Position numbers and translations under genes: made by a program. From a virus (taxonomy: Duplodnaviria > Caudoviricetes), in IMG/VR virus record IMGVR_UViG_3300032286_000468, positions 1 to 56,522 of that record: a stretch of 56,522 bases of DNA; one strand, 5' to 3'. Of the stretch, positions 44,349 to 54,478 are shown in pieces. Each line of letters begins with the position of its first letter. Within the stretch, counting starts at the first letter, position 1. A model generated the notes under the pieces. It searched no databases. It saw nothing but the letters and a program-made list of their open reading frames with translations, and was not told the origin of the DNA.

Positions 44349-45671
44349 TTAAAGATTTTTAGGACCGTATAATCCGTAACTATCACGAACTATTCTCAAA
44401 GATGTAAGCATTTTATTGGTAGGATCAAAATGATGTCTCAAGTTATTAATTAAATAAAATCCGCTTTGTTCTGGATCCACCTCTCCGGTATTTGCAGGTT
44501 CCATTTTTGGAAATTGCACATAAATTATATCACCACATTTAAGATTGATGTTCAGCGGAACATTTATATTTATTGCTTGACTGAATAATAAGTTGTATCT
44601 TGAATATGACATAGCCATATCAGCACCACTTCTCAATTTATCACTTACTGAACCATCTGGATTTAATATTCCACGATCTGCCACCTTTACCATAATACGA
44701 GTTACACTATCACCAAATTCATCAGATACGACAATACTTTCAGCAGCACCAAGTTTATTTTTGACTTGATCTTTTAACGTATACTTATATAAATCCAATG
44801 AATTGCTATAAAGATCATAAAAATAAGTCTTATTTGAATACATACCAACTCTCAAAGATTTCATCAAATCAATATTTTTTTCAAAATTATAATTAATAAG
44901 TTTAAAGTTATTATTTAAATTATTATGTTCAATTACATATTGATCGTAACTATAATTGTAAACCTTTTTTTTATTTGCACTTGATGCTTCTATTCTTGTA
45001 TTTGATACTAAACTATCAATACTTCTAAAATTAAATCCATCCTTATTTTCATAAAAGAAAAAACCAGCAGTCCCTTTTGCTATTCCACTTTGATCACCAC
45101 CAGAAGTTCCTGTTGGACCACCAGAAATTGTAGAAACTGATTTTGGTCCCAACCACTGCAAAGTATGAAATGGTTTTTTGTTATTTCCAATAAAAGAATA
45201 AGAATTTGAAGTTTGTTCTATATTTTCATCTTTGAATTTATTTGTTTTTAAATCATCTTTGAGAATTTTGGTTACAGTATTTTTTAAATTTCCTCTATAA
45301 ACAGTTTGACATCTCACTGTTTCATTAGTTAAACCCTCTCTAGAAACAAGATGCAAAGTAAATGATTCATTTGTGTGTTCTGCCTTAATATTACTTACTT
45401 TGTAAACATACATTGCATTTTCTCCATCCAATACGAATGTCCCAGAAACAGTTTCAATTTCCATTGAAACACTTTCACCGCCACGAATTGGAAGTCTATT
45501 AAGAATAGAATATATGTTGGTGACATTCATTGTCATTGTTATACAAGGAGATAAAATGTCCTCATAATAATCTATTGCTGTAATTGAATTCGTTAAGTCC
45601 TTTTTGATCTTACCATCTAATGATGCAATGGTAACTGATTGGTATCTTAAACCTTGTACTGCTATTGCCAT
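44349..45671 (-). CDS. Putative baseplate hub protein (gp27-like, 440 aa)
   Basis: IDYYEDILSP...LPIRGGE...GFFFYENKDGFNFRSIDSL...INVPLNINLKCGDII...SGFYLINNLRH...IVRDSYG, the conserved hub gene upstream of gp5. Confidence 0.65.
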   Translation of the reverse strand: MAIAVQGLRYQSVTIASLDGKIKKDLTNSITAIDYYEDILSPCITMTMNVTNIYSILNRLPIRGGESVSMEIETVSGTFVLDGENAMYVYKVSNIKAEHTNESFTLHLVSREGLTNETVRCQTVYRGNLKNTVTKILKDDLKTNKFKDENIEQTSNSYSFIGNNKKPFHTLQWLGPKSVSTISGGPTGTSGGDQSGIAKGTAGFFFYENKDGFNFRSIDSLVSNTRIEASSANKKKVYNYSYDQYVIEHNNLNNNFKLINYNFEKNIDLMKSLRVGMYSNKTYFYDLYSNSLDLYKYTLKDQVKNKLGAAESIVVSDEFGDSVTRIMVKVADRGILNPDGSVSDKLRSGADMAMSYSRYNLLFSQAININVPLNINLKCGDIIYVQFPKMEPANTGEVDPEQSGFYLINNLRHHFDPTNKMLTSLRIVRDSYGLYGPKNL

Positions 45672-47698
45672 TATGTTGAAGAGAGGTTAGTAAGAAGCAT
45701 AGTCTTCCATAGACTATTTAATATCTGTCCTTCAGAAAGTGATACAACAGCAACTCCGCCGCCACCTCCTCCACCCCCTCCCATTGGAATGGGAACTGGA
45801 ACCATAGAAGGTTGTCCCGCTGGTTGAGATTGGCCAAGCAATATTGCCGATCCGGGTGTTTGTTCTTGTAATGGAGTTGTAATTGCTCCTGGAACTTGTG
45901 GTGTTTGTCCTGGCGCTATTTGTGCTTGTCTTCTTTCTCTAATACCTTTGACATAAACATTATAATTTTTTTGTAGTTGTTTAATTTCGGGATCAGTTCC
46001 TTGTTTTCCTCCGGAAAGTTGCGATTTTAATTTTGGGTCTTTTAGTATTCTATCGGCTCCTTTTCCCATAGTTTGTTTTGCAAAATCTTCAATTGATTGT
46101 TGCTTTGTGTCTGGGGTACTTCCTCTTATATCTGCTGTTTCTTTTGCTCCTTTTTTTGCTGATGGTTTTTGATTTCCTGTTCCAAATAATGACTTTAAGT
46201 CAAATCCAGATCCACCCTCACGACTTCCTGCGGAAAAATGCATAGTATCTTTTGAACTTCTCCAATCTCCCCCCCAACCAAGCCCATATTTGTGAGCAAT
46301 CTCACTTATGTTTTTTGGAAGATTTGTTTTAAACGTGCTACCACTGGGACTATACGGATTATCCGATGGATTTATATCAATTGCTGCCCCATAAGGATGG
46401 AAATATCTATTTTCATCATAATCTGGATCTGCCGGACCACTTCCTCCTCCACTACCAGCCTTCCTCCATCCACCAATTGAATTTATTTTATAACCACTAT
46501 TTTCAAGTTCATCTACAAAACCTTTAAATCTTGGTGCTAATGCCGTAGCTACTTGATAACTAGCCCCACTTTTTGTTTTTAGTGTGGTTAATTTAATTCC
46601 ACTATTCCAAGGTCTATCTTTAACAACACCAGAAGATTGTGAAAAATCACCAGTATCAAATGTTTGTTTGCTGCCAGATTCTGGTTCTAATTTTTCATTT
46701 TTTTCTATTGGTTTTCCTTGATCTTGTTGTATTTCTTGCTGTTTTGGTGATTGTTTTCCAGACGCAGCACCCATACCACCAGCAATTTTTTCAAACTTAC
46801 TTACAACTTTATCAAACTTATCAGTAATACTTACAAACGTAACATTACTTGCAGATGCTGCTTCTCTTTGTATTTTTTCTTGTGCTTTCAGTCTCTGGTC
46901 CATCTTATCAGCACCAGTCAGTTTATCTGCTAAATTTCCACCAAGTTGTCCTCCACCAAATCCACCAGCAAGAGAACCAATAATTCCACCAATTACTGCA
47001 CCAGGAGCTGCACCAACACCACCAAACAAAGCGCCTATACCTGCACCTACTGCTGCCCCCGCTTGCCCACCAGCCCAAGCACCAGCAAGACCACCAGCAA
47101 GACCACCGCCCGCCCCAACTCCTGCTTGAAGGTTTGATTGCCCTTCGCCTTTTCTTCCCATAAAGTCGGCAGCAGTCAATCCAACGGACAATAATCCGCC
47201 ACCAATTCTTCCTATTTTTCCAATTTTTCCTTTTGGTGCTTTTGCGGAACCAACATCTTCAATTTTGCTTGGTTGTCTATTAAAATTGACAATATTATTT
47301 GCTGCCTTAACTCCTGTTGGTTTAGTTTTTTGTCCTATTTTAGATATTCCCGAAAAAATATTTTTACTTCCTTTTGTTGCTGTTATTGCTGGTTTTCCTT
47401 TACCAAATTTTTTAATTAAAGATCTTAATCCAAATCCTCCGGCGGCACCAACTCCAAGTGCAGAAAGAAGAGAACCAAATAATCCGCCATTTCCTCCACC
47501 ACCATCCATCCCAATAGAAAATTCAAGGTCTTCTACTTTTTTGACTTTTGGTAATTTTATTTTTTTGACATCTTTATTGCTTGTATCTAACCAATTAATA
47601 AAGGCATCATATTCTTTCGCCCTTTTTGTTAATGGGCGTCTAGTTTTTACAATATTATTGGCAGCAGTTAGTAGGGGAGAAAAAAGTTTAGTTTTCAT
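45671..47698 (-). CDS. Hub/tape-measure-like protein with a peptidase M15 (peptidoglycan peptidase) domain
   Basis: Gly/Ala-rich GxxAG stretch; FHPYGAAIDIN...YGLGWGGDWRSSKDTMHFS supplies the H-D-H zinc ligands. Confidence 0.7.
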   Translation of the reverse strand: MKTKLFSPLLTAANNIVKTRRPLTKRAKEYDAFINWLDTSNKDVKKIKLPKVKKVEDLEFSIGMDGGGGNGGLFGSLLSALGVGAAGGFGLRSLIKKFGKGKPAITATKGSKNIFSGISKIGQKTKPTGVKAANNIVNFNRQPSKIEDVGSAKAPKGKIGKIGRIGGGLLSVGLTAADFMGRKGEGQSNLQAGVGAGGGLAGGLAGAWAGGQAGAAVGAGIGALFGGVGAAPGAVIGGIIGSLAGGFGGGQLGGNLADKLTGADKMDQRLKAQEKIQREAASASNVTFVSITDKFDKVVSKFEKIAGGMGAASGKQSPKQQEIQQDQGKPIEKNEKLEPESGSKQTFDTGDFSQSSGVVKDRPWNSGIKLTTLKTKSGASYQVATALAPRFKGFVDELENSGYKINSIGGWRKAGSGGGSGPADPDYDENRYFHPYGAAIDINPSDNPYSPSGSTFKTNLPKNISEIAHKYGLGWGGDWRSSKDTMHFSAGSREGGSGFDLKSLFGTGNQKPSAKKGAKETADIRGSTPDTKQQSIEDFAKQTMGKGADRILKDPKLKSQLSGGKQGTDPEIKQLQKNYNVYVKGIRERRQAQIAPGQTPQVPGAITTPLQEQTPGSAILLGQSQPAGQPSMVPVPIPMGGGGGGGGGVAVVSLSEGQILNSLWKTMLLTNLSST

Positions 47699-49389
47699 TA
47701 TCCATCCACAATATTATAAACCATTCTTGAATATAATGTTAAGAAATTATCATAGTTTGATGATGGGTAAAATGGAGCAGTTGGTCCATTTTGTTGTGGT
47801 GATGGTGGTGCAGATATTTTACCACCACCTCCAGATGATGCTGGTTGAACTTTTGGCGATGGTTGTTGGAATGGAATAACTTGTATTGGTTGTGGTCCTG
47901 ATTTTGATGCTGACGGTGGTTGTGGAGATTGTTGTCCTGGTTTTGTTGGTGTTTGTGGTAGTTGCACTCCAGATTTAGATAAGAAATTTTCCAATCTTTT
48001 ATAAAATGCTGATGTGTGAATATTTTCTTGAGTTCCGCCAGGAAGGGATGGCCAGATACCTCTTAATTTGGCAACTACATCAGCAGTTTTTCCGGATTTC
48101 ATCAAATTTACTATTTCCTGCTCTCCTCCTTTAAATTGGCCAGCAAGAAATGACCTATCAATTTTATATTGATTTTCTTGATTGAATTTTGCAGTGGATG
48201 GATCCAATCCAGCATCAATTGCCCTTTTTCTAAGATATTGAGACATATGTTGCATTCTCCCCATAGCACCCGAGGTCTTTCCTTCTTTTTTGAGTGCTTC
48301 TACTTTGGAAATTGCTTGGTCTATTGTCATTTCAGATAGACCTTTCATTTCTCCTATTGTATTTACAGATTCAATTCCACCTTCAGCACCTGAAATAGCA
48401 GACATTAGAGAATTAATTTCTTTTGGTGCTGGACCAGAGATTAATTGTCCCCCACCTCCACCAGCAGGACTACCGCCAGGAGGGGCACCAGGACTAGCAG
48501 GTTTTGAACTAGAACCGGAACTAGAACTTCCACCAGAAGATTTTCCGGGTTTTCCTTTCAAACCATCAAGTATTTTATCAAATCTATCTAAAATGGAATT
48601 AAATTTATCCAAAACATTTCCTGGAACTTCTGGCGCAGTATCTCCGGGTTGAACATCTTCACCTCCGGGTTGAGAAAGACCACTCACAGCAGCACCAGCC
48701 CCAAGAGCAGCAGTACCACCTAAAAGTAATTTTCCTATTCCACCCCCACCACCTTTCAGTCCTTTTGGTATTTTTGATAATAAATTCCCTTCTTGCTTCA
48801 TCGCAGGACCAGCAATATTTGGTGGTCGTTTTCCCGCCATTCCAGGAACCAATCCACCCGCCAATCCACCAAGTGCGGACATTATGGCACCAATTAATCC
48901 TCCACCACCTCCACCACCAGAAAGTCCAGAAATTTGCTCTATAATTTTAAGTATTGCTTTTCTTAGTGCCTTTGCAACATCAAAAGTTTCTGTAAAAGTA
49001 GTCTTTAAATTGTCTATATTTTCTTTAACTCTATCTAAATTCTTCTTTGCCCCAAAAAAAGTGATAAAAGCAAGTGCTTCTTTAAATTTATCAAAGAATC
49101 CACCAAAGAATTTGGAACTTTTCTTTTCCTTTGTTTCTTTATTTCCAAAAATATTTTGAATTGTATTTGTAGTATTAAAGACAGTTGAAGAAAGGTTACT
49201 GATTAATGCCTGCAAATTATTTGGTTTTGCCGATACTTTTGCTCTATCAAAATTTACAATTTTATTCTTCGCACTAGAAAGAATTGAGGAACCAAGAGAA
49301 GAACCACCAGAAACAAATTTAAGTGCTTGTTCCTTTGTTGGTTTTTGCTTTCCTATAATTTTTTCTGGTTGAAGAACAGAACTAACCAT
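47698..49389 (-). CDS. Hub/tape-measure-like protein with a lambda-lysozyme-like (GH104) muramidase domain
   Basis: LMSAISGAEGG...SGAMGRMQHM...KFNQENQ...LRGIWPSLPGG. Confidence 0.6.
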   Translation of the reverse strand: MVSSVLQPEKIIGKQKPTKEQALKFVSGGSSLGSSILSSAKNKIVNFDRAKVSAKPNNLQALISNLSSTVFNTTNTIQNIFGNKETKEKKSSKFFGGFFDKFKEALAFITFFGAKKNLDRVKENIDNLKTTFTETFDVAKALRKAILKIIEQISGLSGGGGGGGLIGAIMSALGGLAGGLVPGMAGKRPPNIAGPAMKQEGNLLSKIPKGLKGGGGGIGKLLLGGTAALGAGAAVSGLSQPGGEDVQPGDTAPEVPGNVLDKFNSILDRFDKILDGLKGKPGKSSGGSSSSGSSSKPASPGAPPGGSPAGGGGGQLISGPAPKEINSLMSAISGAEGGIESVNTIGEMKGLSEMTIDQAISKVEALKKEGKTSGAMGRMQHMSQYLRKRAIDAGLDPSTAKFNQENQYKIDRSFLAGQFKGGEQEIVNLMKSGKTADVVAKLRGIWPSLPGGTQENIHTSAFYKRLENFLSKSGVQLPQTPTKPGQQSPQPPSASKSGPQPIQVIPFQQPSPKVQPASSGGGGKISAPPSPQQNGPTAPFYPSSNYDNFLTLYSRMVYNIVDG

Positions 49390-49558
49390 TACTTTGTTGT
49401 GCCTTTAAGTTTTCTTCTTCTACAAACTGATTTAATAATGCTAGGTAAATGTCCCGCTCCCAAGGTATAAGATTCTCTATCTCGGTCAAAGAATATTTAT
49501 AATGCGTTATTAAAGAGAAATTGATTTTAAAATATGACTCAAGATCCATATGAGCCAT
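49382..49558 (-). CDS. gp51: Baseplate hub assembly catalyst gp51
   Basis: LESYFKINFSLITHYKYSLTEIENLIPWERDIYLALL. First ATG is at 49558; the track start at 49564 is TTG. Confidence 0.85.
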   Translation of the reverse strand: MAHMDLESYFKINFSLITHYKYSLTEIENLIPWERDIYLALLNQFVEEENLKAQQSNG

Positions 49559-49560
49559 TA

Positions 49561-50286
49561 TCAACCGAAAAAACTTGTCAATCCCTCCAACGTAACTTCA
49601 CTTTCTTTTTTTGTATTTGGGTTAGTCACTTTAAAAGTGTGTGCGAGTTTAGGCATCGTATTGAAGAACTTTTCTACTTCTTGGAACTGCTGCGAAGTCA
49701 AAGTTTCAATCCAATCATTGAGTTCCTTTTTGGTACAATCTGCTGCTGCCCAAGATTCGTCGGCATTAAAGACCATATCAATACAAGAAGAAACAATATC
49801 AAATGACTTTTCAATAGAAGAAACATCATTTGAACTGAAATCAAAGTTATTCTTGATAAATTCATTCAAAGATGGATACTTCATTCTTAATACCAATCCA
49901 TCACCCAAATTAATATCAGTAGAGTGCTCTGGGTCTTTTTGAACCTCAATTTCATCAATATAAATCTTAACTGGAACTTCGGTAGTTCCGTCATCACTAC
50001 AAGTTACAATCAGTTCAATTGCTTCACCAACTGATTTTGCACGAACATTTAGGAAGATATATTCAATATCAAAAGTAGGAAGTTCTTCTACTTTAATGCC
50101 CTTTGTTAGGATGCAATCTTTTAAAATTTGTTTGATTGCCGATGTAATTTGTTTTACGTCTTCGCTTTCAAGAGCAAGAATAAGTATTTTTTCTTCTTTG
50201 ACTAAAAATGGACGATATTTGATACTTTTTCCTGTTGAGGGCAAATCAAGAGTATATTGTGGCGTAGCAATTTTAGGTAAAGGCAT
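49561..50286 (-). CDS. gp26: Baseplate hub subunit gp26
   Basis: MPLPKIATPQYTLDLPSTGKSIKYRPFLVKEEKILILA...FDIEYIFLNVRAKSVGE...LEGLTSFFG. Confidence 0.9.
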   Translation of the reverse strand: MPLPKIATPQYTLDLPSTGKSIKYRPFLVKEEKILILALESEDVKQITSAIKQILKDCILTKGIKVEELPTFDIEYIFLNVRAKSVGEAIELIVTCSDDGTTEVPVKIYIDEIEVQKDPEHSTDINLGDGLVLRMKYPSLNEFIKNNFDFSSNDVSSIEKSFDIVSSCIDMVFNADESWAAADCTKKELNDWIETLTSQQFQEVEKFFNTMPKLAHTFKVTNPNTKKESEVTLEGLTSFFG

Positions 50287-50312
50287 TTTGAATGATTAAG
50301 TTCAGTTGTGAT

Positions 50313-50320
50313 TATTTATT
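50313..50320 (-). promoter_or_regulatory. Late promoter AATAAATA for the gp26 operon
   Basis: Intergenic, about 27 bp upstream of the gp26 ATG. Confidence 0.65.
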
Positions 50321-50327
50321 GGTGATT

Positions 50328-51233
50328 TTAAAATAGTGGATTGTTAGGTGGTTTATATACACCAGGAACGGAAGTATCTCCTCTTAAAGCAGCATCAAGA
50401 AGATTTGAAGCACTAGACGCTAATTTTGAACCAGCCGTAATTGTTGTTTGAAGTGCTTCTTGGGAAGCATTTCTTGCTACATTTCCAGAACCAACCTGAC
50501 TGCGACTATTGCTAGTGTTATCTCCTTTGTGGGACATTACGACATATCTAGAATAACTAAAATTTATAGTAGTTTTTGTGATTGTACTTCCTTCGTAAGA
50601 TAATGGAAGTGCCGTAATATTTGTAGGAAAGGCATCTATAAATTGATATGTTAAAGTTGTATGGTTTTTTGTTCCTCCACCACCTACTTTATTTGGAGAA
50701 TTGACCATATCTCTTTCAAATTTTGATATAGCAATTACTTTTTTATAAGTGTCTGGATATCTAAGTCTATAATAACTATTGTTATCTAAAAATCTAACTT
50801 GACCAGCAGGACTTGCAGTATATCCACCATCATTATCATAAATTGGGTCAATAAAATTCATCCATTCTTCAAATAAACGAATTAATTTATATTCAGCATC
50901 AACATAAAAAGTTAAATTAAAATCTGAAAAAATTCTACGAGTTGGAAATCTTTCCAAAACACCCTGACGACTTCCGGATTCTTCACCGACATCAAAAGTT
51001 GAACCGGGAAGAACTGCTTCCGCGCACATAAAATCATATTTAAGTTTATCATCTTTACCAGTTAATCCACATTTAGACAAATAATTTGCCAAAGTATCAT
51101 CTCCGGAACCACCAGAAGATAAAAACATAGATACTTTGAATTGGCTCGTTAGAGACAAACTATTTAAATATTTTCTATTTACGTCTTCTATTGACGTATA
51201 AAGTGGAGATATTTGATAAAAATTATCAGCCAT
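50328..51233 (-). CDS. Tail-tube-fold baseplate protein (gp54-like tail tube initiator)
   Basis: FMCAEAVLPG...RIFSDFNLTFYVD...LFEEWMNFI...YQFIDAFPTNITALPLSY...INFSY; lies between gp4 and gp26. Confidence 0.7.
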   Translation of the reverse strand: MADNFYQISPLYTSIEDVNRKYLNSLSLTSQFKVSMFLSSGGSGDDTLANYLSKCGLTGKDDKLKYDFMCAEAVLPGSTFDVGEESGSRQGVLERFPTRRIFSDFNLTFYVDAEYKLIRLFEEWMNFIDPIYDNDGGYTASPAGQVRFLDNNSYYRLRYPDTYKKVIAISKFERDMVNSPNKVGGGGTKNHTTLTYQFIDAFPTNITALPLSYEGSTITKTTINFSYSRYVVMSHKGDNTSNSRSQVGSGNVARNASQEALQTTITAGSKLASSASNLLDAALRGDTSVPGVYKPPNNPLF

Positions 51234-51240
51234 CTAAATA
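51234..51240 (+). promoter_or_regulatory. Late promoter CTAAATA for gp4-gp2-gp48-gp53
   Basis: In the 31-bp divergent intergenic region, 24 bp upstream of the gp4 ATG. Confidence 0.6.
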
Positions 51241-51264
51241 AGCGTATAACATTCTATACTATGT

Positions 51265-51726
51265 ATGCCCCGTAACGAAGACAGTAAATACAATCAAGGA
51301 AAATATCGCCCACACAATCCACAAAAGTATGGTGGCGATGTATCCAATATTGTATATCGTTCTTCTTATGAGTTAAAGTTTATGCAATATTGTGATTTGA
51401 CTGAAAGTGTGAATAGTTGGAAAAGTGAAGAATTTTGGATTCCCTATCGCTCCCCTTTGGATGGAAAAACACATAGATACTTTCCCGACTTTTTTCTTAA
51501 ATACAAAGACAAAGATGGCAAAACAAGAAATATGGTCGTGGAAATCAAACCAGCAAAGGACTTAAAAGAACCACAAACAAATCCAGCTAGAAGAACAAAG
51601 TCTTGGGCGTATTCAGTCAAAATGTGGGCAATTAATCAAGCAAAATGGGCAGCAGCAAAAGAGTGGTGTGCCGACCACAATTATGAGTTTAAAATTATGA
51701 CAGAAAAAGAATTATTCGGGAGATAA
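51265..51726 (+). CDS. gp4: Head completion nuclease gp4 (TnsA-like)
   Basis: GKYRPHNPQKYGGD...YRSSYELKFMQYCD...WKSEE...PYRSPLDGKTHRYFPDF...VEIKP...NQAKWAAA. Confidence 0.9.
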   Translation: MPRNEDSKYNQGKYRPHNPQKYGGDVSNIVYRSSYELKFMQYCDLTESVNSWKSEEFWIPYRSPLDGKTHRYFPDFFLKYKDKDGKTRNMVVEIKPAKDLKEPQTNPARRTKSWAYSVKMWAINQAKWAAAKEWCADHNYEFKIMTEKELFGR

Positions 51727-51730
51727 AGAT

Positions 51731-52246
51731 ATGATCGCAGAAAAAATACTTAAAGAGGCGGGAACTAAACGCTGGTCCACCATCTGGTATACAAATAGAT
51801 TGATGGATGAGCTAGCAAAGTATCAAGATAAGGATTCTAGTGAGATTGATACTAATTTTATTTCGCCGGGAGATTTGGTATTTTTTATGTATTCAGCAAA
51901 ATATCCACAAAAATATAAATTCTGGGATATGCAACCACTTGCTTATATTATAGATATTGATACGAAATCTGGAATATTCTTTGGTTCTAATCTTCATTAT
52001 CTAAATCCACAATATCGTGGAGGCATTGCTGCTTCTTACATAAATAAATCAGGAAATGTGAATGCGCCAAGAAAGACTTTACATAATTACCTTTTTTCTG
52101 GCGTAACTAGTCATTTTTTCAAAGTACCTGAAAGTGAATGGAGAGAAGTTTCTTTGCTTCCCACCGAAAGATTTGTAGATAGAAGAGGACAACCAGTATT
52201 CAAATCCAAAGTTTGGGATTATCCAGATAACTTATCGGCACCGTAA
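51731..52246 (+). CDS. gp2: DNA end protector protein gp2
   Basis: PGDLVFFMYSAK...WDMQPL...FFGSNLHYL...HNYLFSGV...EWREVSLLPTERF. Confidence 0.8.
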   Translation: MIAEKILKEAGTKRWSTIWYTNRLMDELAKYQDKDSSEIDTNFISPGDLVFFMYSAKYPQKYKFWDMQPLAYIIDIDTKSGIFFGSNLHYLNPQYRGGIAASYINKSGNVNAPRKTLHNYLFSGVTSHFFKVPESEWREVSLLPTERFVDRRGQPVFKSKVWDYPDNLSAP

Positions 52247-52248
52247 AT

Positions 52249-53745
52249 ATGGCCATACCAACAGAATGGAATGCATCATCACCATCAGCAACTTCTACTG
52301 CTGCTTCCAAATCTCTACCACGTAAAGTTTATTATGCAAATTTACCAGATCCAAACAATCCCGGAAAAACTTTAAGATTAGAAGCAATAACAGACGATAA
52401 AGGAAATATCAAATCATATACATTTTACGATTCAAACAAAAAACAATTTTTCAACAAAACTCAAAATGGAGATCCACTTGCAGCACCTGGATCTAATTTG
52501 TCAGTACAAGCCCAAACAAACTTAATAACTTTAGCTACCACACAAACCACAGCACTAGCAAAAAGTTTGGGGGGAAATTCAATCCCACCTCCACTTCCTG
52601 GGTATAAGGGACCAACTGCTAATACTGGTTTATTTGATCTTCAGGGAAATGTCGCCGGAATAACTACACAATTTGGTCAAATTCAATTTAAAAAAGGACA
52701 GGTATTCCAATATCCAAAAGATGCCTTATATACAGAAAAAAAGACAAAAAATCCCCAAGACCATTTAACTATATCAAAATATAGTTATAAGGCACCATAT
52801 GGGGACGATATATTCAACAAAGACAAATTCAAGACAATTTTAGCAAGTGGATTGACCAGAGGAAGCGCATTAAAAGAATTTTTAGGAATGGTCATAATGC
52901 CTATGCCAAATAGCATTTCAGATTCAAATAATGTTTCTTGGGGTGATGATTCTATGAATAATCTTACTGCCGCAGCGACAAATAATGTTGCATCAAATCT
53001 TGGAGGAACTGCTGTGGCTGGTTTAGTTGGTGGTGCAACTGGTGCATTGGCACAACTTCTTAAGGGTGTCGGAAGTGCTGGTGGTGGATTTAATGCTGGA
53101 GTTGCTGCTAAAGTATATTTTGATTTGATAAATGCAGCACTTGCATCTGGAGATAATGGAAAAACAATTGGTGGTGCTGCTGGTGCTTCTAAACTTCTTT
53201 CTATGGCTGGATTTTCAGTTTCACCTGAAAGTATTTTAGCACGAGGTGCTGGTATTATTCCTAACAGTAATTTGGAACTTCTATTCAATTCTCCCACATT
53301 AAGAGAGTTTACATTTCAATATAGAATGAGCCCAAGGGGAAAAGAGGAGGCAAGAGAAATCAATAATATCATAAGATTCTTCAAGCAAGGAATGGCAGCA
53401 AAAAAGCAAGGCGCAAAATCAGGGGCAGGAGCAGCATCTTACTTTTTAGGAACCCCAGATGTATTCCAACTTTCATACAGAACAACAAATGATTCGCCAA
53501 TCAAAGGTGTAAATCGCATTAAAACTTGTGCTTTGACTGGTTTTGCTATGAATTATGCTGCCGATGGAAATTGGGCGGCATATGATGAAGGTCAACCAGT
53601 ATCTGTGATTATGAATATGTCATTCAAAGAACTTGAACCGATTTATGATAGCGATTATCAATCAAATATAGATGCATCAAGACTAGCAAATAATGAACAA
53701 CTTCAAGATTTATATCCAATTACAGATGATGAGGTTGGATACTAA
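52249..53745 (+). CDS. gp48: Baseplate tail tube cap gp48
   Basis: YPKD...MPMPNSISDSNNVSW...PNSNLELLFNSPTLREFTFQYRMSPR...CALTGFAMNY...SFKELEPIY. Confidence 0.88.
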   Translation: MAIPTEWNASSPSATSTAASKSLPRKVYYANLPDPNNPGKTLRLEAITDDKGNIKSYTFYDSNKKQFFNKTQNGDPLAAPGSNLSVQAQTNLITLATTQTTALAKSLGGNSIPPPLPGYKGPTANTGLFDLQGNVAGITTQFGQIQFKKGQVFQYPKDALYTEKKTKNPQDHLTISKYSYKAPYGDDIFNKDKFKTILASGLTRGSALKEFLGMVIMPMPNSISDSNNVSWGDDSMNNLTAAATNNVASNLGGTAVAGLVGGATGALAQLLKGVGSAGGGFNAGVAAKVYFDLINAALASGDNGKTIGGAAGASKLLSMAGFSVSPESILARGAGIIPNSNLELLFNSPTLREFTFQYRMSPRGKEEAREINNIIRFFKQGMAAKKQGAKSGAGAASYFLGTPDVFQLSYRTTNDSPIKGVNRIKTCALTGFAMNYAADGNWAAYDEGQPVSVIMNMSFKELEPIYDSDYQSNIDASRLANNEQLQDLYPITDDEVGY

Positions 53746-53747
53746 AA

Positions 53748-54407
53748 ATGGCATATTTTAACGAACTTCCAAATATTTCTTTTCTTTCCCGTTTGCCTAA
53801 TGCAAGCACGAATGAAGATTATATTACAGTTAAAAATCTCTTCAAAAGAGCAAAAATAAGAACTGATATCAATAATGCTATAACTGCTTTTGATTATTAT
53901 CAAATCACCGACAATCAAAGACCAGAAATAGTTGCTTCTAGTCTTTATGGCGACCCAGAACTTGATTGGGTTATTTTGATTACTAACAATATCACAAATG
54001 TAAGAGATCAATGGCCTTTGAGTAATAATGACCTATACAATTATATGATTGATAAGTATGGTTCAGATGAATCACTATCGGACATTCATCATTATGAGAC
54101 CACTGAAGTAAAGGATGAATATGATCGCCTTGTGGTTCCTTCTGGACTTCAAGTAGATTCAGATTTCACAGTTACTTATACTAAATTTAATAATACAGTA
54201 TCTACTATTTCGCCAGTCAAGCAAGTAACAAATTATGAGTATGAAACTGACATTAACGAAGAAAAAAGAAAAATAAGAGTATTAAAACCAGCATATCTAT
54301 CGGTAGTGATTACAGATTTAAGAAATATAATGAAATATGAACAATCTTCACAATATGTCAATCAAACTACTAAACAATCTTATAATCCAAATCTAACAGG
54401 CGTATAA
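53748..54407 (+). CDS. gp53: Baseplate wedge subunit gp53
   Basis: MAYFNELPN...VKNLFKRAKIR...RPEIVASSLYGDPELDWVILITNNI...WPLS...HHYET...NEEKRKIRVLKP. Confidence 0.9.
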   Translation: MAYFNELPNISFLSRLPNASTNEDYITVKNLFKRAKIRTDINNAITAFDYYQITDNQRPEIVASSLYGDPELDWVILITNNITNVRDQWPLSNNDLYNYMIDKYGSDESLSDIHHYETTEVKDEYDRLVVPSGLQVDSDFTVTYTKFNNTVSTISPVKQVTNYEYETDINEEKRKIRVLKPAYLSVVITDLRNIMKYEQSSQYVNQTTKQSYNPNLTGV

Positions 54408-54420
54408 AAACCCTACAGAC

Positions 54421-54451
54421 AAAAAAATCCCCGGAAATTTTTTCCGGGGAT
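54421..54451 (-). terminator. Rho-independent terminator after gp32, between convergent gp53 and gp32
   Basis: 11-bp perfect stem atccccggaaa-ttt-tttccggggat; T-tract on the minus strand (a-run from 54421). Confidence 0.8.
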
Positions 54452-54478
54452 AAAGGTAATTAAAAGTTGATTTTGAAA

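Noticed and set aside
51265-51726. TnsA-like nuclease as a transposon or homing endonuclease
   Set aside because: Sequence and position next to gp2 and gp48 identify it as the core head-completion protein gp4.
52040-52046. ATAAATA inside gp2 as a late promoter for gp48
   Set aside because: Possible, but it is intragenic, about 200 bp from the gp48 start, and expected by chance in AT-rich DNA, so I did not list it as a feature.
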